A stretch of DNA of 64,000 bases from Dehalococcoidia bacterium (GCA_965197655.1 OZ240220.1:993788-1057787), one strand, 5' to 3'; shown: positions 27,404 through 37,888, numbered from the stretch's first letter. Program-made: numbers and translations. The notes: generated from the sequence alone by a model not told the origin.

Positions 27404-27904
27404 CTAACCGCTCTTCCCCCGGTTCTCCCGCCACCGATGCAACATCTGGGAGTCGCGGGGAAAGGCCAGGGGAGGAAGGGAGTCCAGGTTGAAAAAAGCC
27501 ACTTCCAGCGCCTCCGGACCGGCTTGCAGTATGCCACCGGTTTCCACGCCGGCAAAGGCGGCCACGATTGTCGGGCTGCCCGCCTCGGAAAACAGGCCGA
27601 CCAGCCCCTCGATTTTGACCAGCAGCCCGGTTTCCTCTTCCACTTCCCGGGCCGCGGCCTCTTCCACCACCTCCCCGCGGTCAACATAACCGCCCGGCAC
27701 GCTCCACAGACCGTATCCGGGGTCACCAGCCCGGCGCATCATTAGCACCTTGCCCTCCCTTTCGATAATGGTAACGGCCGCCACTTTGGGGTCGTAAAAG
27801 ACGACGCGGCCGCAGCCGGGGCAGACCGGGCGCAGTATTCCCGCTGACTGACGCGCCTCCAGCAGGGAACCGCAGCCGGAGCAGAACTTGTCGCCTTGTT
27901 GCAT
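27404..27904 (-). CDS. NUDIX hydrolase with N-terminal zinc ribbon
   Basis: CSGCG..CPGCG, then the Nudix box GGYVDRGEVVEEAAAREVEEETGL. Confidence 0.85.
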   Translation of the reverse strand: MQQGDKFCSGCGSLLEARQSAGILRPVCPGCGRVVFYDPKVAAVTIIEREGKVLMMRRAGDPGYGLWSVPGGYVDRGEVVEEAAAREVEEETGLLVKIEGLVGLFSEAGSPTIVAAFAGVETGGILQAGPEALEVAFFNLDSLPPLAFPRDSQMLHRWRENRGKSG

Positions 27905-27935
27905 AATTTACCTGTAAACCGGCCAGATAAACCGG

Positions 27936-28874
27936 TCAGAAGTTGGAGGCTCTTAACAGGGCATCTACTTCTTGCCGAGAGGGCATGGAGTCCTGGGCGC
28001 CTACCCTGGTTACCGACAGAGCGCCGGCCGCCGATGCCATCCGAACTGCTTGCAGTACGCTCCGTCCCTCGGCCAAGGCTACCGCTAACGCGCCGTTAAA
28101 GGCATCTCCGGCGCCGACGGAATCCACCGCTTCCACCACAAAGGGAGGCACGTACTCGCCGCCTTCCAGGGTGGCGTAGTATGCTCCCTGGGGACCCAGC
28201 TTGACCACCGCCGTATCAATGCCCCGGCTCAGCAGCGTACCCGCCGCCAGGGCTGCTGATTCCCGGTCCGTCACTGGATAGTCCACCAGGGCCTGCGCGT
28301 CGGTCTCGTTGGGAGTTATGACATCGCAGCAGGTGTAGAAAGCCGGCGGCAGGGGGCGCACCGGGCTTGGGTCCAAGATTACCGGTACCCCCCGGGCCGC
28401 CGCGGCCTGGGCTACTTTCAAGGACAGCTCTACCGAAACTTCCAGTTGCAGCAGCAGCGCCGACGCCCGGTATAACAACTCCATTACTTTTTCCGCTTCG
28501 GCCTCGCCGCAGGTGTTATTGGCGCCCAGAACCTGGATGATCTGGTTTTGCGCCGTGTCGTCAATGTTGATCACCGCGATGCCAGTGCTGGTGCCGGGCG
28601 TTACGGCCACGCCGGAGACATCCACTCCGGCGTCCTCTAGGGAGCGGATTGCCTGCGGGCCAAAGATGTCGTCGCCGATGCGGCCTACCATCGCCACCCG
28701 CGCTCCCATACGGGCCGCCGCCATGGCCTGGTTGGCCCCCTTGCCGCCAGCGTAAGTCAGGAACTGCCGGCCCACCACCGTCTCCCCGGCCTCGGGGAAT
28801 CGGGCGGTCAGCGTCACCAGGTCCATATTGATGCCGCCGAGGACCACTATTAAAGGACGCTCTTCTCTATTCAT
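27936..28874 (-). CDS. rbsK: Ribokinase (PfkB family)
   Basis: GGKGANQA and C-terminal DSVGAGDAFNGALA motifs. Confidence 0.85.
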   Translation of the reverse strand: MNREERPLIVVLGGINMDLVTLTARFPEAGETVVGRQFLTYAGGKGANQAMAAARMGARVAMVGRIGDDIFGPQAIRSLEDAGVDVSGVAVTPGTSTGIAVINIDDTAQNQIIQVLGANNTCGEAEAEKVMELLYRASALLLQLEVSVELSLKVAQAAAARGVPVILDPSPVRPLPPAFYTCCDVITPNETDAQALVDYPVTDRESAALAAGTLLSRGIDTAVVKLGPQGAYYATLEGGEYVPPFVVEAVDSVGAGDAFNGALAVALAEGRSVLQAVRMASAAGALSVTRVGAQDSMPSRQEVDALLRASNF

Positions 28875-29032
28875 TCGCCATTCACCTTGACCGGACTTGA
28901 GGTTGGATGAAGTTAAGGGAACGGAACCGTCACCTTACGCTACCATTGACCGAATGGGGGGTCAACGGGCGGATAGCCGTCTCAGGGCAATCGCGTCTTA
29001 ATTTCAGGGAATCTGATTCACCCCGGCGCCAA

Positions 29033-29113
29033 CCCCTCACCCCAGCCCTCTCCCCAAAGGAGAGGGAGCAGATTCACCCCTCGCCCTGTGGGAGAGGGGC
29101 CGGGGGTGAGGGG
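29033..29113. repeat. Palindromic repeat family D (CCCTCACCCC..GGCCCCTCTCCC..GGAGAGGGG..GGGGTGAGGG)
   Basis: Copies here and at 32438-32517 and 43015-43091. Confidence 0.85.
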
Positions 29114-29125
29114 ATGCCGGCCGGG

Positions 29126-29154
29126 TTCAGGTAACATTGGCTCCGTGCTATAAT
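29126..29154 (+). promoter_or_regulatory. Candidate promoter
   Basis: TTCAGG, 17 nt, TATAAT with TG at the extended -10 position, about 100 nt upstream of ATG 29256. Confidence 0.4.
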
Positions 29155-29255
29155 TCCAACGCACGGCAGTTCCGCCCTGGTTGGTTCCGGCCCAAGTCGC
29201 TTGCCGACTTTGTCCGATACCGCACTTTATCTCATATTGTAAGGAAGAGAAACTT

Positions 29256-30446
29256 ATGGCTTCGGCTCTTGAAGATGTTAAAGTGGTTGACCTGACCCGG
29301 ACCCTGGCTGGCCCCTTCTGTACGATGCTGCTGGGAGACCTGGGCGCCGATGTGGTCAAGATTGAGGAGCCGGAACGGGGCGACGAAACCCGCTCCTGGA
29401 CACCTTTCTGGAATGGAGAAAGTACCCAGTTCGTTTCCTTCAACCGGAACAAGCGCAGCCTGAGCCTGAACCTGAGGGAAGAGGAAGGACTGGATATTGT
29501 ACGGTCGCTGGCTGCTGACGCCGACGTAATGATTGAGAGTTTTCGCGCCGGCGCTCTGGAGCGGATGGGTCTGGGTTACGAGGACATTCGCCGGATAAAC
29601 TCCGGCATTGTTTACTGCTCCATATCCGGCTACGGGCGTACCGGCCCGATGGCCGAAAAGCCCGGCTACGACCTGATTATTCAAGCCTACAGCGGTTTGA
29701 TGGACTTGACCGGAGAACCGGACGGGTTGCCCCTGCGCGTCGGTTTTTCCCTGGTTGACCTCTTTACCGGAATGATGGCCTACGGCTCGGTGGTAACCGC
29801 CCTGTACCACCGGCGGCAGACCGGCCAGGGCCAGCGCATCGAGGCGGCCCTGCTGGACGGGCAAGTGGCCGCCTTGAGCTACCACGCTACCGCATATATG
29901 GCTACCGGCGTAGTGCCCCAGCGCATGGGTTCCGGCCACCCCAGCCTGGTTCCCTACCAGAGCTTTCCGGCCTCCGACGGCTACTTCATCCTTGGGGTAG
30001 CCAATCAGGGGTTGTGGGAACGTTTCTGTGCGGCCATTGAGCGGCCCGACCTGCTGGAAGATACCCGCTTTAAGACCAATGACGACCGGGTGGTCCACCG
30101 GGCCGAATGCGTCGGACTGCTCAGCGAGATTTTCCGTACCCGCACCGTGGCGGAATGGGTTGAGGTCATTGAGCGGGCCGGCGTGCCTTGTGGCCCCATC
30201 AACCGGGTGGATGATGTGGTAAACAATCCCCAGGTGCAGGCCCGAAATATGATTGCCGAACTGTCCCACCCCAACGTGCCGGACTTGAGAATCCCCAATT
30301 CGCCCCTGAAACTGGCCGAGACACCTGCGGCCATCAAGCGTCCCCCGCCGCTGCTGGGCCAACACAACGAGGAAATCCTGGCTGAACTGGGCTACGAGGC
30401 GGAGGTGATTGCGGAACTGCGGCGAAAGGGGGTTATCGGAAAGTAA
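29256..30446 (+). CDS. Family III CoA-transferase (CaiB/BaiF)
   Basis: VKVVDLTRTLAGPFCTMLLGDLGADVVKIE... plus the conserved Asp region (GFSLVDLFTG). Confidence 0.85.
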   Translation: MASALEDVKVVDLTRTLAGPFCTMLLGDLGADVVKIEEPERGDETRSWTPFWNGESTQFVSFNRNKRSLSLNLREEEGLDIVRSLAADADVMIESFRAGALERMGLGYEDIRRINSGIVYCSISGYGRTGPMAEKPGYDLIIQAYSGLMDLTGEPDGLPLRVGFSLVDLFTGMMAYGSVVTALYHRRQTGQGQRIEAALLDGQVAALSYHATAYMATGVVPQRMGSGHPSLVPYQSFPASDGYFILGVANQGLWERFCAAIERPDLLEDTRFKTNDDRVVHRAECVGLLSEIFRTRTVAEWVEVIERAGVPCGPINRVDDVVNNPQVQARNMIAELSHPNVPDLRIPNSPLKLAETPAAIKRPPPLLGQHNEEILAELGYEAEVIAELRRKGVIGK

Positions 30447-30541
30447 ACGGGCGTGAGGGTTGGTGGTTCTACAGGCTCACCACGAACGGAGCTTTCCACT
30501 AACAAGCTCACTAAGAACGGAATACCGGTCCTAAAGGTTGC

Positions 30542-30743
30542 CAGGGCTATCGCATTGGGATTGCGGGCTATCCGGTGTTCCTGCAAAAGCAGGAACTCAA
30601 GAATACTCTGAATAAGTCATTAAACTCTGGCGCTTTCACCCGTCGTTCCTGCGCAGGCAGGAACCTAAAACCTTGCGGACAGAGGTTTCTGCTTTCGCAG
30701 GAACGACGCAAAGTAGATATTTGCGTCAGATGCAATGGCCCTG
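30542..30743. repeat. Family A composite element
   Basis: TIR cagggctatcgcat / atgcaatggccctg enclosing an extra hairpin, an IS5-end-like module (actctgaataagtc) and the double-hairpin core. Confidence 0.75.
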
Positions 30744-30780
30744 AGGATTTGCCAAAATCAGTTGACATAAAGGAAATTAG

Positions 30781-31539
30781 TTGCAGAGCAGAAAGAAGAT
30801 CCGTTTGATTCATACCTCCGATACCCACCTGGGCGTGGACTGGCGGCCCGAAGTGGCGGAAGACGCTTTTCGCGCCGTGGTTGACAGCGTGACCGTCTTA
30901 CAGGGCGACGGCCTCCTTATCGTGGGGGACGTTTTCGACCATGCCCGGGTGCCGGACCGGGTGCTGGAGTTTTTCCTGGGGCAGGTGGGGCGGCTGGAGT
31001 GTCCGGTGGTGGTTTTGCCGGGCAACCATGACCTCTACCACCGGGAATCTCTTTACCGCCGGCAGCCTTTCCAGGATGCGCCCAGCAATTTTCTCTTGTT
31101 TACCGAAGAAGCCGGGCAGACCATCTCCCTCCCCGACTTAACCCTTGACCTTTGGGGCCGGGCGATGTTGCAGCACACGCCGGAGTTTCGACCCTTGCTC
31201 GGAATGCCCGAGGCGCAAGCCGGCCGCTGGCTGGTGGCCCTGGCCCACGGTCACTACCATTTTGCTGATGATAAGGACTTGCGTTCCTCCCCCATTTATC
31301 CCGACGAGGTCGCCGCCGCCCCCTGCGACTACCTGGCCTTGGGCCACTGGGAGCGGTTCGTGGACGTTTCCCAGGGCAGTACCAGGGCATTCTATTCCGG
31401 GTCGCCCCTCGGCGCATCTTCGGACAATTACACTGTAACGGTTACCGTGGTGGAATTGGACCCAATCCTTGGCGTCAGCGCCCGCCAATCCAGGTTAGAC
31501 GGCGTAAACGCGACCGGTCAGGTTGCGGTCATCAACTGA
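30781..31539 (+). CDS. Metallophosphoesterase
   Basis: IHTSDTHLG, VGDVFD and GNHD motifs. TTG start. Confidence 0.75.
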   Translation: MQSRKKIRLIHTSDTHLGVDWRPEVAEDAFRAVVDSVTVLQGDGLLIVGDVFDHARVPDRVLEFFLGQVGRLECPVVVLPGNHDLYHRESLYRRQPFQDAPSNFLLFTEEAGQTISLPDLTLDLWGRAMLQHTPEFRPLLGMPEAQAGRWLVALAHGHYHFADDKDLRSSPIYPDEVAAAPCDYLALGHWERFVDVSQGSTRAFYSGSPLGASSDNYTVTVTVVELDPILGVSARQSRLDGVNATGQVAVIN

Positions 31540-31551
31540 TTGAGGAGTGAA

Positions 31552-32436
31552 ATGAGCGAGATGAAGCGGTTAAGCCGAGACCAGCATATTTACTTTCTGG
31601 ACCCGGAGGGTGAACCGGCAATCACCATTGACTCCGGTGAAGAGTTAATCGTAGAAACCTGGGACGCCTTTGAGGGCTTGCGCGACCCGGCATCCCTGGA
31701 CGCTAAAGCGTTGAAAGGCCCGGCTACCGGCCCCATCTACGTCAATGGCGCCGAGCCGGGAGATGCGCTAAAGGTGGAGTTTCTGAGCATCACCCCCAAG
31801 GAAGGGGCGGCGCACATGGTTATGCCGGGACGCGGCTTCCTTGAAGAAGAGTTCACCGAGGGCTACCCGACGGTAATGGAATTTGAGGACAACCAACTGG
31901 TGCTGCCCAGCGGCTTGAAGCTGACCATGCTGCCTTCGATGGGGCTGGTGGCGACCACACCCACCTACGTTCAGAACACCGCCAGCGACAGCGGCCCCTA
32001 TGGTGGCGACATTGATATGAAGGAACTGGTGGCCGGCAGCACGATCTATATGCCGGTGTTTGTGGATGGCGGGCTGCTGGTGATGGGCGACTGCCACGCT
32101 ATCGTGGGGGACGGCGCGGTGGCAGGAACGGGGGCGGAGTGCGCCGCCGACAGCCACATCCGGGTGACCGTGGAAAAGGGTATGCACATCGCCAGCCCCC
32201 GCGCCCTGACCCCGGAGCATTTTGTAGTGCTGTCCTATGGGGAAGACCTGGCTCCGGCAATGAAGCAGGCCGTGCGGGAAATGGTGGATTTTCTGGTGCG
32301 GGAGAAGGGCCTGGCCCCCTACGATGCCTATACCCTGTGCAGCCTGGCCGGCGACGTGCGGGTTTCCCGTACCTTCCGCCCGATCAGCCCGGTAAAGATG
32401 ATGCTGTCCCGCCAAGCGCTGGAGCAACTGGGGTAG
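31552..32436 (+). CDS. Acetamidase/formamidase-family amidohydrolase
   Basis: GPIYVNGAEPGD..., GGDIDMKEL and VMGDCHAIVGDG are typical of the FmdA_AmdA family. Confidence 0.8.
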   Translation: MSEMKRLSRDQHIYFLDPEGEPAITIDSGEELIVETWDAFEGLRDPASLDAKALKGPATGPIYVNGAEPGDALKVEFLSITPKEGAAHMVMPGRGFLEEEFTEGYPTVMEFEDNQLVLPSGLKLTMLPSMGLVATTPTYVQNTASDSGPYGGDIDMKELVAGSTIYMPVFVDGGLLVMGDCHAIVGDGAVAGTGAECAADSHIRVTVEKGMHIASPRALTPEHFVVLSYGEDLAPAMKQAVREMVDFLVREKGLAPYDAYTLCSLAGDVRVSRTFRPISPVKMMLSRQALEQLG

Positions 32437-32437
32437 G

Positions 32438-32517
32438 CCCTCACCCCCGGCCCCTCTCCCACCAGGAGAGGGGTGAAGCTACTCCCTCTCCCTGGGGAGA
32501 GGGTCGGGGTGAGGGGG
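32438..32517. repeat. Family D repeat filling the gap between convergent genes
   Basis: Same motif as 29033-29113. Begins 2 nt after one stop codon and ends 6 nt before the other. Confidence 0.85.
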
Positions 32518-32522
32518 ATCGT

Positions 32523-33296
32523 TTACATGACCGAGAAGCCGCCGTCCACCGTCAGTACCGCTCCGGTGATGTAGTCCGAGGCGGCGCTGGACAGGAAAAC
32601 TACCGCCCCCTGCAACTCGTCAACCTCGCCCCAGCGGCCGGCGGGTATGCGGTTGCTAATCATCTGGAATCGTTCCGGTTGGTTGACCGGGATGTCCGAG
32701 GTTAGCGTGGTCATAAACCAGCCGGGCAGGATGGCGTTGGACTGGATATTGTCCTTGGCCCAGGCCACGGCCAGGCTCTTGGACAGTTGCACCACGCCGC
32801 CCTTGCTGGCGGAGTAGGGCGCGCCGCTGCCTCCCCCGCCGAAAATGGAATACATGGAGCCGATGCCGATTATCTTCCCGCCGCCCTGATTGACCATGTG
32901 CGGATAAACCTCCCGGGCCGCTAGGAACGCCCCCCGCAGGTTGACATCCAGCACCAGGTCCCATTCCTCGGTAGTGGTCTGGTCGGGAGTCTTGCGTACC
33001 ACCGTGCCGGCATTGTTGACCAGGATGTCCACCCGGCCAAAGGCGTCGAGGGTATCGGCCACCATCCCCTTGATTTCCGATTCTTGGGTCACGTCCACGG
33101 TCAAACCCTGGGCCTGAACCCCCAAGGATTCCAATTCCGCTACAGCCTCGGCGGTTTTATCGGCATCTCGGGCGGCCACTGCGATATTGGCTCCGGCGCC
33201 GGCCAGGCCGCGGGCCATACCCAACCCCAACCCGCCGTTGCCGCCGGTTACGATTGCTACCTTGCCAGTCAAGTCAAAAAGCCGTTGAACGCTCAT
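32523..33296 (-). CDS. SDR-family oxidoreductase
   Basis: TGGNGGLGLG, NNAG and YSASKGG motifs. Start at ATG 33296. Confidence 0.85.
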   Translation of the reverse strand: MSVQRLFDLTGKVAIVTGGNGGLGLGMARGLAGAGANIAVAARDADKTAEAVAELESLGVQAQGLTVDVTQESEIKGMVADTLDAFGRVDILVNNAGTVVRKTPDQTTTEEWDLVLDVNLRGAFLAAREVYPHMVNQGGGKIIGIGSMYSIFGGGGSGAPYSASKGGVVQLSKSLAVAWAKDNIQSNAILPGWFMTTLTSDIPVNQPERFQMISNRIPAGRWGEVDELQGAVVFLSSAASDYITGAVLTVDGGFSVM

Positions 33297-33473
33297 TGGT
33301 CCTCGCATTAACTTTGTAGTTGGTATTACTCTACCATATTCGGCGGTGGCCCATTTGGATGGCGGAATGGGCGGGGTTCTGGATTCCTCGGCCACGCGCA
33401 GAATGACCTGGTTTTAGGGAGCGGTTGTCTGCCGCCACTACCGGGCAATTGCATTAACCTCAAAGGTTACAGT

Positions 33474-33543
33474 TCGTCGTTCCTGCGGGGGCAGAAACCT
33501 CTGCCCATAACGCTTTGAGGTTCCTGCCTCCGCAGGAACGACG
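33474..33543. repeat. Family A double-hairpin core
   Basis: tcgtcgttcctgcgggggcagaaacc...ggttcctgcctccgcaggaacgacg. Confidence 0.8.
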
Positions 33544-33711
33544 TATTGGCCGTCAACTTACCTGCGGTTTAGCTGCCGCCTATTACGAGACAATTGCGAA
33601 ACTCCACGATGGAGAAAGCATCCTGAGAGACGGCCATTTGACCAGAAGACTCCAGCAGGCCAAAATAGAAAACATTCCACGACAGGGAACGCCGGAACCG
33701 GAGAAAAAAAT

Positions 33712-33957
33712 ATGGACATCTACCAGCTGAACTATGTGCTCCACGAACCTGCGGAAGACCACGGCTGGCTGTACCGGGCCGAGGTCCCAGCCCTTCAGGG
33801 CTGCGTGGCTTGGGGTGACACCCCGGAAGAAACCCTCAAAAGCCTCTTAGCAGTAGCGCAGACCATCATCCAAGTTTGCAAGGAAGACGGTCAAGGCCTG
33901 CCCCCCGAGCTAACTCCCTTGCGCAGCCCTGAAGGCACCTTAACGGTAACCGCATGA
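33712..33957 (+). CDS. hicB: HicB-family antitoxin
   Basis: YRAEVPALQGCVAWGDTPEETLKSL pattern. Overlaps hicA by 4 nt. Confidence 0.8.
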   Translation: MDIYQLNYVLHEPAEDHGWLYRAEVPALQGCVAWGDTPEETLKSLLAVAQTIIQVCKEDGQGLPPELTPLRSPEGTLTVTA

Positions 33958-34163
33958 CCTACCGGGAACTCCGCACAAAGCTGGAAACCTTGGGTTGCAG
34001 ATTCCGGCGCCAGGCCGATGGGTCCCACGAAATGTGGGTGAACCCCTCCAACGGGCAGCGGGCGATCATCCCCAGGCACGGCAATCGTGACTTGGCCACA
34101 GGAACTCTCCACCAAATCAGAAGAGACCTGGGAATCTCCAGGTCGGACTTCGACCAGGCGTAA
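33954..34163 (+). CDS. hicA: HicA-family mRNA-interferase toxin
   Basis: 69 aa with ...GSHEMW...IIPRHGNRDLATGTLHQIRRDLGI, the typical HicA pattern. Confidence 0.85.
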   Translation: MTYRELRTKLETLGCRFRRQADGSHEMWVNPSNGQRAIIPRHGNRDLATGTLHQIRRDLGISRSDFDQA

Positions 34164-34291
34164 GCCACACTGCCCAATTCACCCCCCTTCCAATCACCGG
34201 CAGTACAACAGGCCCCGGACAAAATCGAGGGCGCGCAACACGCACAAGCCCAGCAAGGGAGTTTTGCAGTTCTCTCCTATTACACCTCAAG

Positions 34292-34320
34292 TTGACACCC
34301 CAATGGGTATATGATAAGTT
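34292..34320 (+). promoter_or_regulatory. Candidate promoter for the pyrophosphatase gene
   Basis: TTGACA, 17 nt, TAAGTT. Confidence 0.35.
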
Positions 34321-34365
34321 TCCAACGCTCAAAACGGAGCATTCCTTGAAGGTAGAGGTGTGTTC

Positions 34366-36462
34366 ATGGATTCCACAAGCGGTCTGCTAATTGTATTGCC
34401 ATTGGTTGCCGGGGTTATTGCCCTGGCCTTTGCCGCCTTTATGGCCTTCCGGGTAATTGGAGCCGATGCGGGCAATGAGCGAATGACTGAAATAGGCGAC
34501 GCCATTCGAACTGGGGCGTCGGCTTTTTTGCGTACAGAGTATCTGGCCCTGCTGCCCTTTATCCTGGTGGTTACCGTAGTGTTGGCTGTGCTGGACTACA
34601 CCCTTTTCACCCACAATCTGGGCGTACCGGCAACGGCCATCTCTTACCTGGTAGGCGCCATTTGCTCCGGCTTGGCCGGCTTTATCGGAATGAACGTGGC
34701 AGTTCGGGCTAACGTCCGCACCGCCGCCGCTGCCATGCGCGGGCTGAATCCCGCCCTGCGCGTGGCCTTTTCCAGCGGTACGGTGATGGGAGTCACCGTA
34801 GTGGGCATTGGCCTGCTGGGAGTCAGCATCCTCTACCTGATTTTCCAGGATATCAGTGCCGTGGCCGGGTTTGGCTTCGGGGCCAGTTCCATCGCCCTCT
34901 TTGCCCGTGTTGGGGGCGGTATCTTCACCAAGGCCGCCGACGTGGGTTCTGACCTGGTGGGCAAGGTGGAGGCGGGAATCCCCGAGGATGACCCGCGCAA
35001 CCCCGGCGTAATTGCCGACAACGTGGGCGACAACGTGGGCGACGTGGCCGGCATGGGCGCCGACCTGTTCGAGTCCTACGTGGGCAGCATCATCTCCGCC
35101 GTGGCCCTGGTGGGGGCTGGCACTTTGTTTGCTATGCAGCAGCCTCAATTTGAGCAAGCTCTGTTCCCGATGCTGTTGGCCGGAGCCGGAATTATCGCCG
35201 CCATCTTGGGAACTTTCGTGGTACGCAGCGGCGAACAGGCCGACTTTGAGAAGCTGTTGTGGGCCTTGCGCTACGGTATATTTGCTGCCGGCGGCCTGCT
35301 GATTATTTTCGCCGCCGTCCTGACCGTCACCGTCACCGGAAACTGGGCCTGGTTCGGCTGCGTGGTGGCCGGACTGGTGGCTGGCACGATTATCGGTTTG
35401 GCAACCGAGTATTACACTTCCTATAGCCGTAAGCCAACCCAGCGGGTAGCCGAGGCATCGCAGACCGGCGCCGCCACGGTAATCATCAGCGGCATCGCCA
35501 CCGGAATGCTCAGCACCTTGATTCCGGTTATCTGCATCTCTATTGCCATTCTGCTGGCCTACTGGTTCGCCGGTTTCTACGGCGTGGCGCTGGCCGGGGT
35601 TGGCCTACTCTCCACTCTGGGCATCACGTTGGCTACCGATGCTTACGGCCCGGTGGCGGATAATGCCGGCGGCATTGCCGAGCAGGCGCAACTGGACCCC
35701 CAGGTTCGCGAACGTACCGATGCTCTGGACGCCCTGGGCAACACCACCGCCGCCACCGGCAAGGGTTTTGCCATCGGCTCGGCGGCCCTGACTGCCCTGG
35801 CCCTGCTGGCCGCCTATTCGGTGAGCGCCGGTTTGATTGAGTTGGGCGAAGACGGACGCTTGACCGCCGGTGGTGTCGGCATTAACCTGCTCCAGCCGGA
35901 GATTCTGGTTGGGGTGATTATCGGGGCGATGCTGCCCTTCATCTTCTCTGCCTTGACCATGCAAGCGGTGGGACGGGCGGCCCAGGGTATTGTTGACGAG
36001 GTACGGCGTCAGTTCCGGGAGATTCCCGGCCTGATGGAGGGAACCGCTCAGCCGGACTCGGCCCGCTGCGTGGACATCAGTACCCGGAGCGCCCTCCGCG
36101 AGATGATTATACCCGGCGTGATGGCGGTAGTTGCTCCTCTCGCCACCGGCTTTATTCTGGGCGAGGCCGCTTTGGGCGGGCTGCTGATCGGGGCGGTTTC
36201 CGCCGGGTTCATGCTGGCGATAATGATGGCCAGCGCCGGCGGTTCCTGGGACAACGCCAAGAAGTACGTGGAGTTGGGCAATTTCGGCGGCAAGGGTTCC
36301 GACGCCCATAAGGCGGCGGTAGAGGGCGACGTGGTTGGCGACCCGTTCAAGGACACCTCCGGCCCATCCCTGAACATCCTGCTGAAGCTGATGGCAATTG
36401 TATCCCTGGTCTTTGCCCCAGTTTTCGCGGAATTGCCGGCGCTAATCAATTTTGCGGGGTAA
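34366..36462 (+). CDS. hppA: Membrane-integral H+/Na+-translocating pyrophosphatase
   Basis: About 16 TM helices, with GGG(I)FTKAADVG(S)DLVGK, DNVGDNVGD and GGSWDNAKKY signatures. Confidence 0.95.
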   Translation: MDSTSGLLIVLPLVAGVIALAFAAFMAFRVIGADAGNERMTEIGDAIRTGASAFLRTEYLALLPFILVVTVVLAVLDYTLFTHNLGVPATAISYLVGAICSGLAGFIGMNVAVRANVRTAAAAMRGLNPALRVAFSSGTVMGVTVVGIGLLGVSILYLIFQDISAVAGFGFGASSIALFARVGGGIFTKAADVGSDLVGKVEAGIPEDDPRNPGVIADNVGDNVGDVAGMGADLFESYVGSIISAVALVGAGTLFAMQQPQFEQALFPMLLAGAGIIAAILGTFVVRSGEQADFEKLLWALRYGIFAAGGLLIIFAAVLTVTVTGNWAWFGCVVAGLVAGTIIGLATEYYTSYSRKPTQRVAEASQTGAATVIISGIATGMLSTLIPVICISIAILLAYWFAGFYGVALAGVGLLSTLGITLATDAYGPVADNAGGIAEQAQLDPQVRERTDALDALGNTTAATGKGFAIGSAALTALALLAAYSVSAGLIELGEDGRLTAGGVGINLLQPEILVGVIIGAMLPFIFSALTMQAVGRAAQGIVDEVRRQFREIPGLMEGTAQPDSARCVDISTRSALREMIIPGVMAVVAPLATGFILGEAALGGLLIGAVSAGFMLAIMMASAGGSWDNAKKYVELGNFGGKGSDAHKAAVEGDVVGDPFKDTSGPSLNILLKLMAIVSLVFAPVFAELPALINFAG

Positions 36463-36490
36463 GATACAAAGGCATAATTCGGTAAACAAC

Positions 36491-36515
36491 AGGGGCGGGT
36501 TTCAAACCCGCCCCT
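36491..36515. repeat. Family F hairpin AGGGGCGGGTTTCAAACCCGCCCCT between convergent genes
   Basis: 12-bp perfect stem. Related copies at 9252-9275, 17459-17482 and 37141-37186. Confidence 0.85.
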
Positions 36516-36521
36516 ACGAGT

Positions 36522-37097
36522 TCAGGGATTTCCGCCTAGCTCCGCCAGTCTGACCATTTCGACTTCTACGGCGCGGCCATCTATCTTCAACCGGACCAGC
36601 GTCCCTAAAGAACCGGGACGGTGGCGGCGGCCGGGGTAAGTGGGACTGCCGGGGTTTATCAGCAGCGCGCCGTCGCAGTGGCAGATGAGTTCCTCGTGGG
36701 TATCGCCGAAAACCACCACGTCCACCGGCCGGCCAAACTTGCGGGCCAGGATGTCGGCAAGCCGCCCTTCCGGGAAGACCAGCTCCGTACCGTCCGGGCT
36801 GGTTGAAATCCGGGGCGTGGGCCACTGAATATCGTGGACCATTCCGATGCTGACTTCCTCAACCTGCACTACCCGGGTGGTCTGGGCCAGCCGGTCGCCC
36901 GGTTCCGTCGGGTCTTCGTAACCCCGCACCGCCAGGACCGGGGCGATTGTTTCCAGATAGTCCAGCACCCCCAGACACTCCAGGTCGCCGCAGTGGAGAA
37001 TCAGGTCAACCCCGGCCAGGGCTTCCAGCACTACCTCCGGCAGGCTGCGCCCGCTGCCGGCCATGTGGGTATCGGAAATCAATCCTACTTTCTTCAA
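36522..37097 (-). CDS. YfcE/MJ0936-type metallophosphoesterase
   Basis: GLISDTH, HCGDL, FGDTH and GSPT motifs. Start uncertain (TTG 37097). Confidence 0.7.
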   Translation of the reverse strand: MKKVGLISDTHMAGSGRSLPEVVLEALAGVDLILHCGDLECLGVLDYLETIAPVLAVRGYEDPTEPGDRLAQTTRVVQVEEVSIGMVHDIQWPTPRISTSPDGTELVFPEGRLADILARKFGRPVDVVVFGDTHEELICHCDGALLINPGSPTYPGRRHRPGSLGTLVRLKIDGRAVEVEMVRLAELGGNP

Positions 37098-37287
37098 TAG
37101 TAATATCCTGAATGAGGGTGATTCGAGGATCTTCTTGTCTTGGGGCGGGTTTTGTAACCGGGCGGGTTTGTAACCCGCCTCTACGTCGATCACCGCCCTG
37201 TTGGGTCAGACTGGTGCGTCTGCCCGGCGCGCAATTTCAATCTTGACTACCATCCGGCGCCATTGCCTGCCGGCTGCCAATTGTCGG

Positions 37288-37866
37288 TCAGTTTCGGTTC
37301 TCCCACAGGGTAAAGTAGTCGGGGGAATCGTCGCGCAAGGCCTCGGCCAGTTCCTGGTGGCTCAGGTCTTGCAGAATGACGTTTTCCTCCGCAACCAGAC
37401 GGGCGATTACGCTTTCCCACTCGGAGATGTCTGCGCCGCCGGGATAAGACTGCAACAATTCCCGCAGGCTGGTGACCAGGCGGTCGGAGTGCATCGCCAG
37501 CGCCCCGCCGCTGATGATGAACACTACCACTGTCGGCAGTTCCTCTTCATCGTCCGGGTCAACGTCCAGCCGCTCCAGAATGGAAGACATTGCCACGCCC
37601 CGGATGATTTCCTCCAACCGCAAAGGTAGGTTAATCAGGTGGGCAAAGGGGAACGGGTTCCCTTCCCGAAGGGTCTTGGAAAACTCGAATTCCAGGCCGT
37701 GAAAGAACTCCTCGTCAAAGACTTCGGCGGTATTCAACAGCGAGACCTTCGAGCGGTCGTCCCGAAGGTCAACCGCCAGAAACTCCTGAAGATGGGGAAA
37801 AATGTATAGCATAATGTCCGGGCGTTCTCCGTCCGGCAGCTGACCGTAAAAGGGGTCGTCAATCAA
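37288..37866 (-). CDS. Hypothetical protein
   Basis: 192-aa acidic ORF 22 nt downstream of otsA on the same strand. No family recognised. Confidence 0.55.
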   Translation of the reverse strand: MIDDPFYGQLPDGERPDIMLYIFPHLQEFLAVDLRDDRSKVSLLNTAEVFDEEFFHGLEFEFSKTLREGNPFPFAHLINLPLRLEEIIRGVAMSSILERLDVDPDDEEELPTVVVFIISGGALAMHSDRLVTSLRELLQSYPGGADISEWESVIARLVAEENVILQDLSHQELAEALRDDSPDYFTLWENRN

Positions 37867-37888
37867 CGATGTTCTCCTGTAATTCCGG

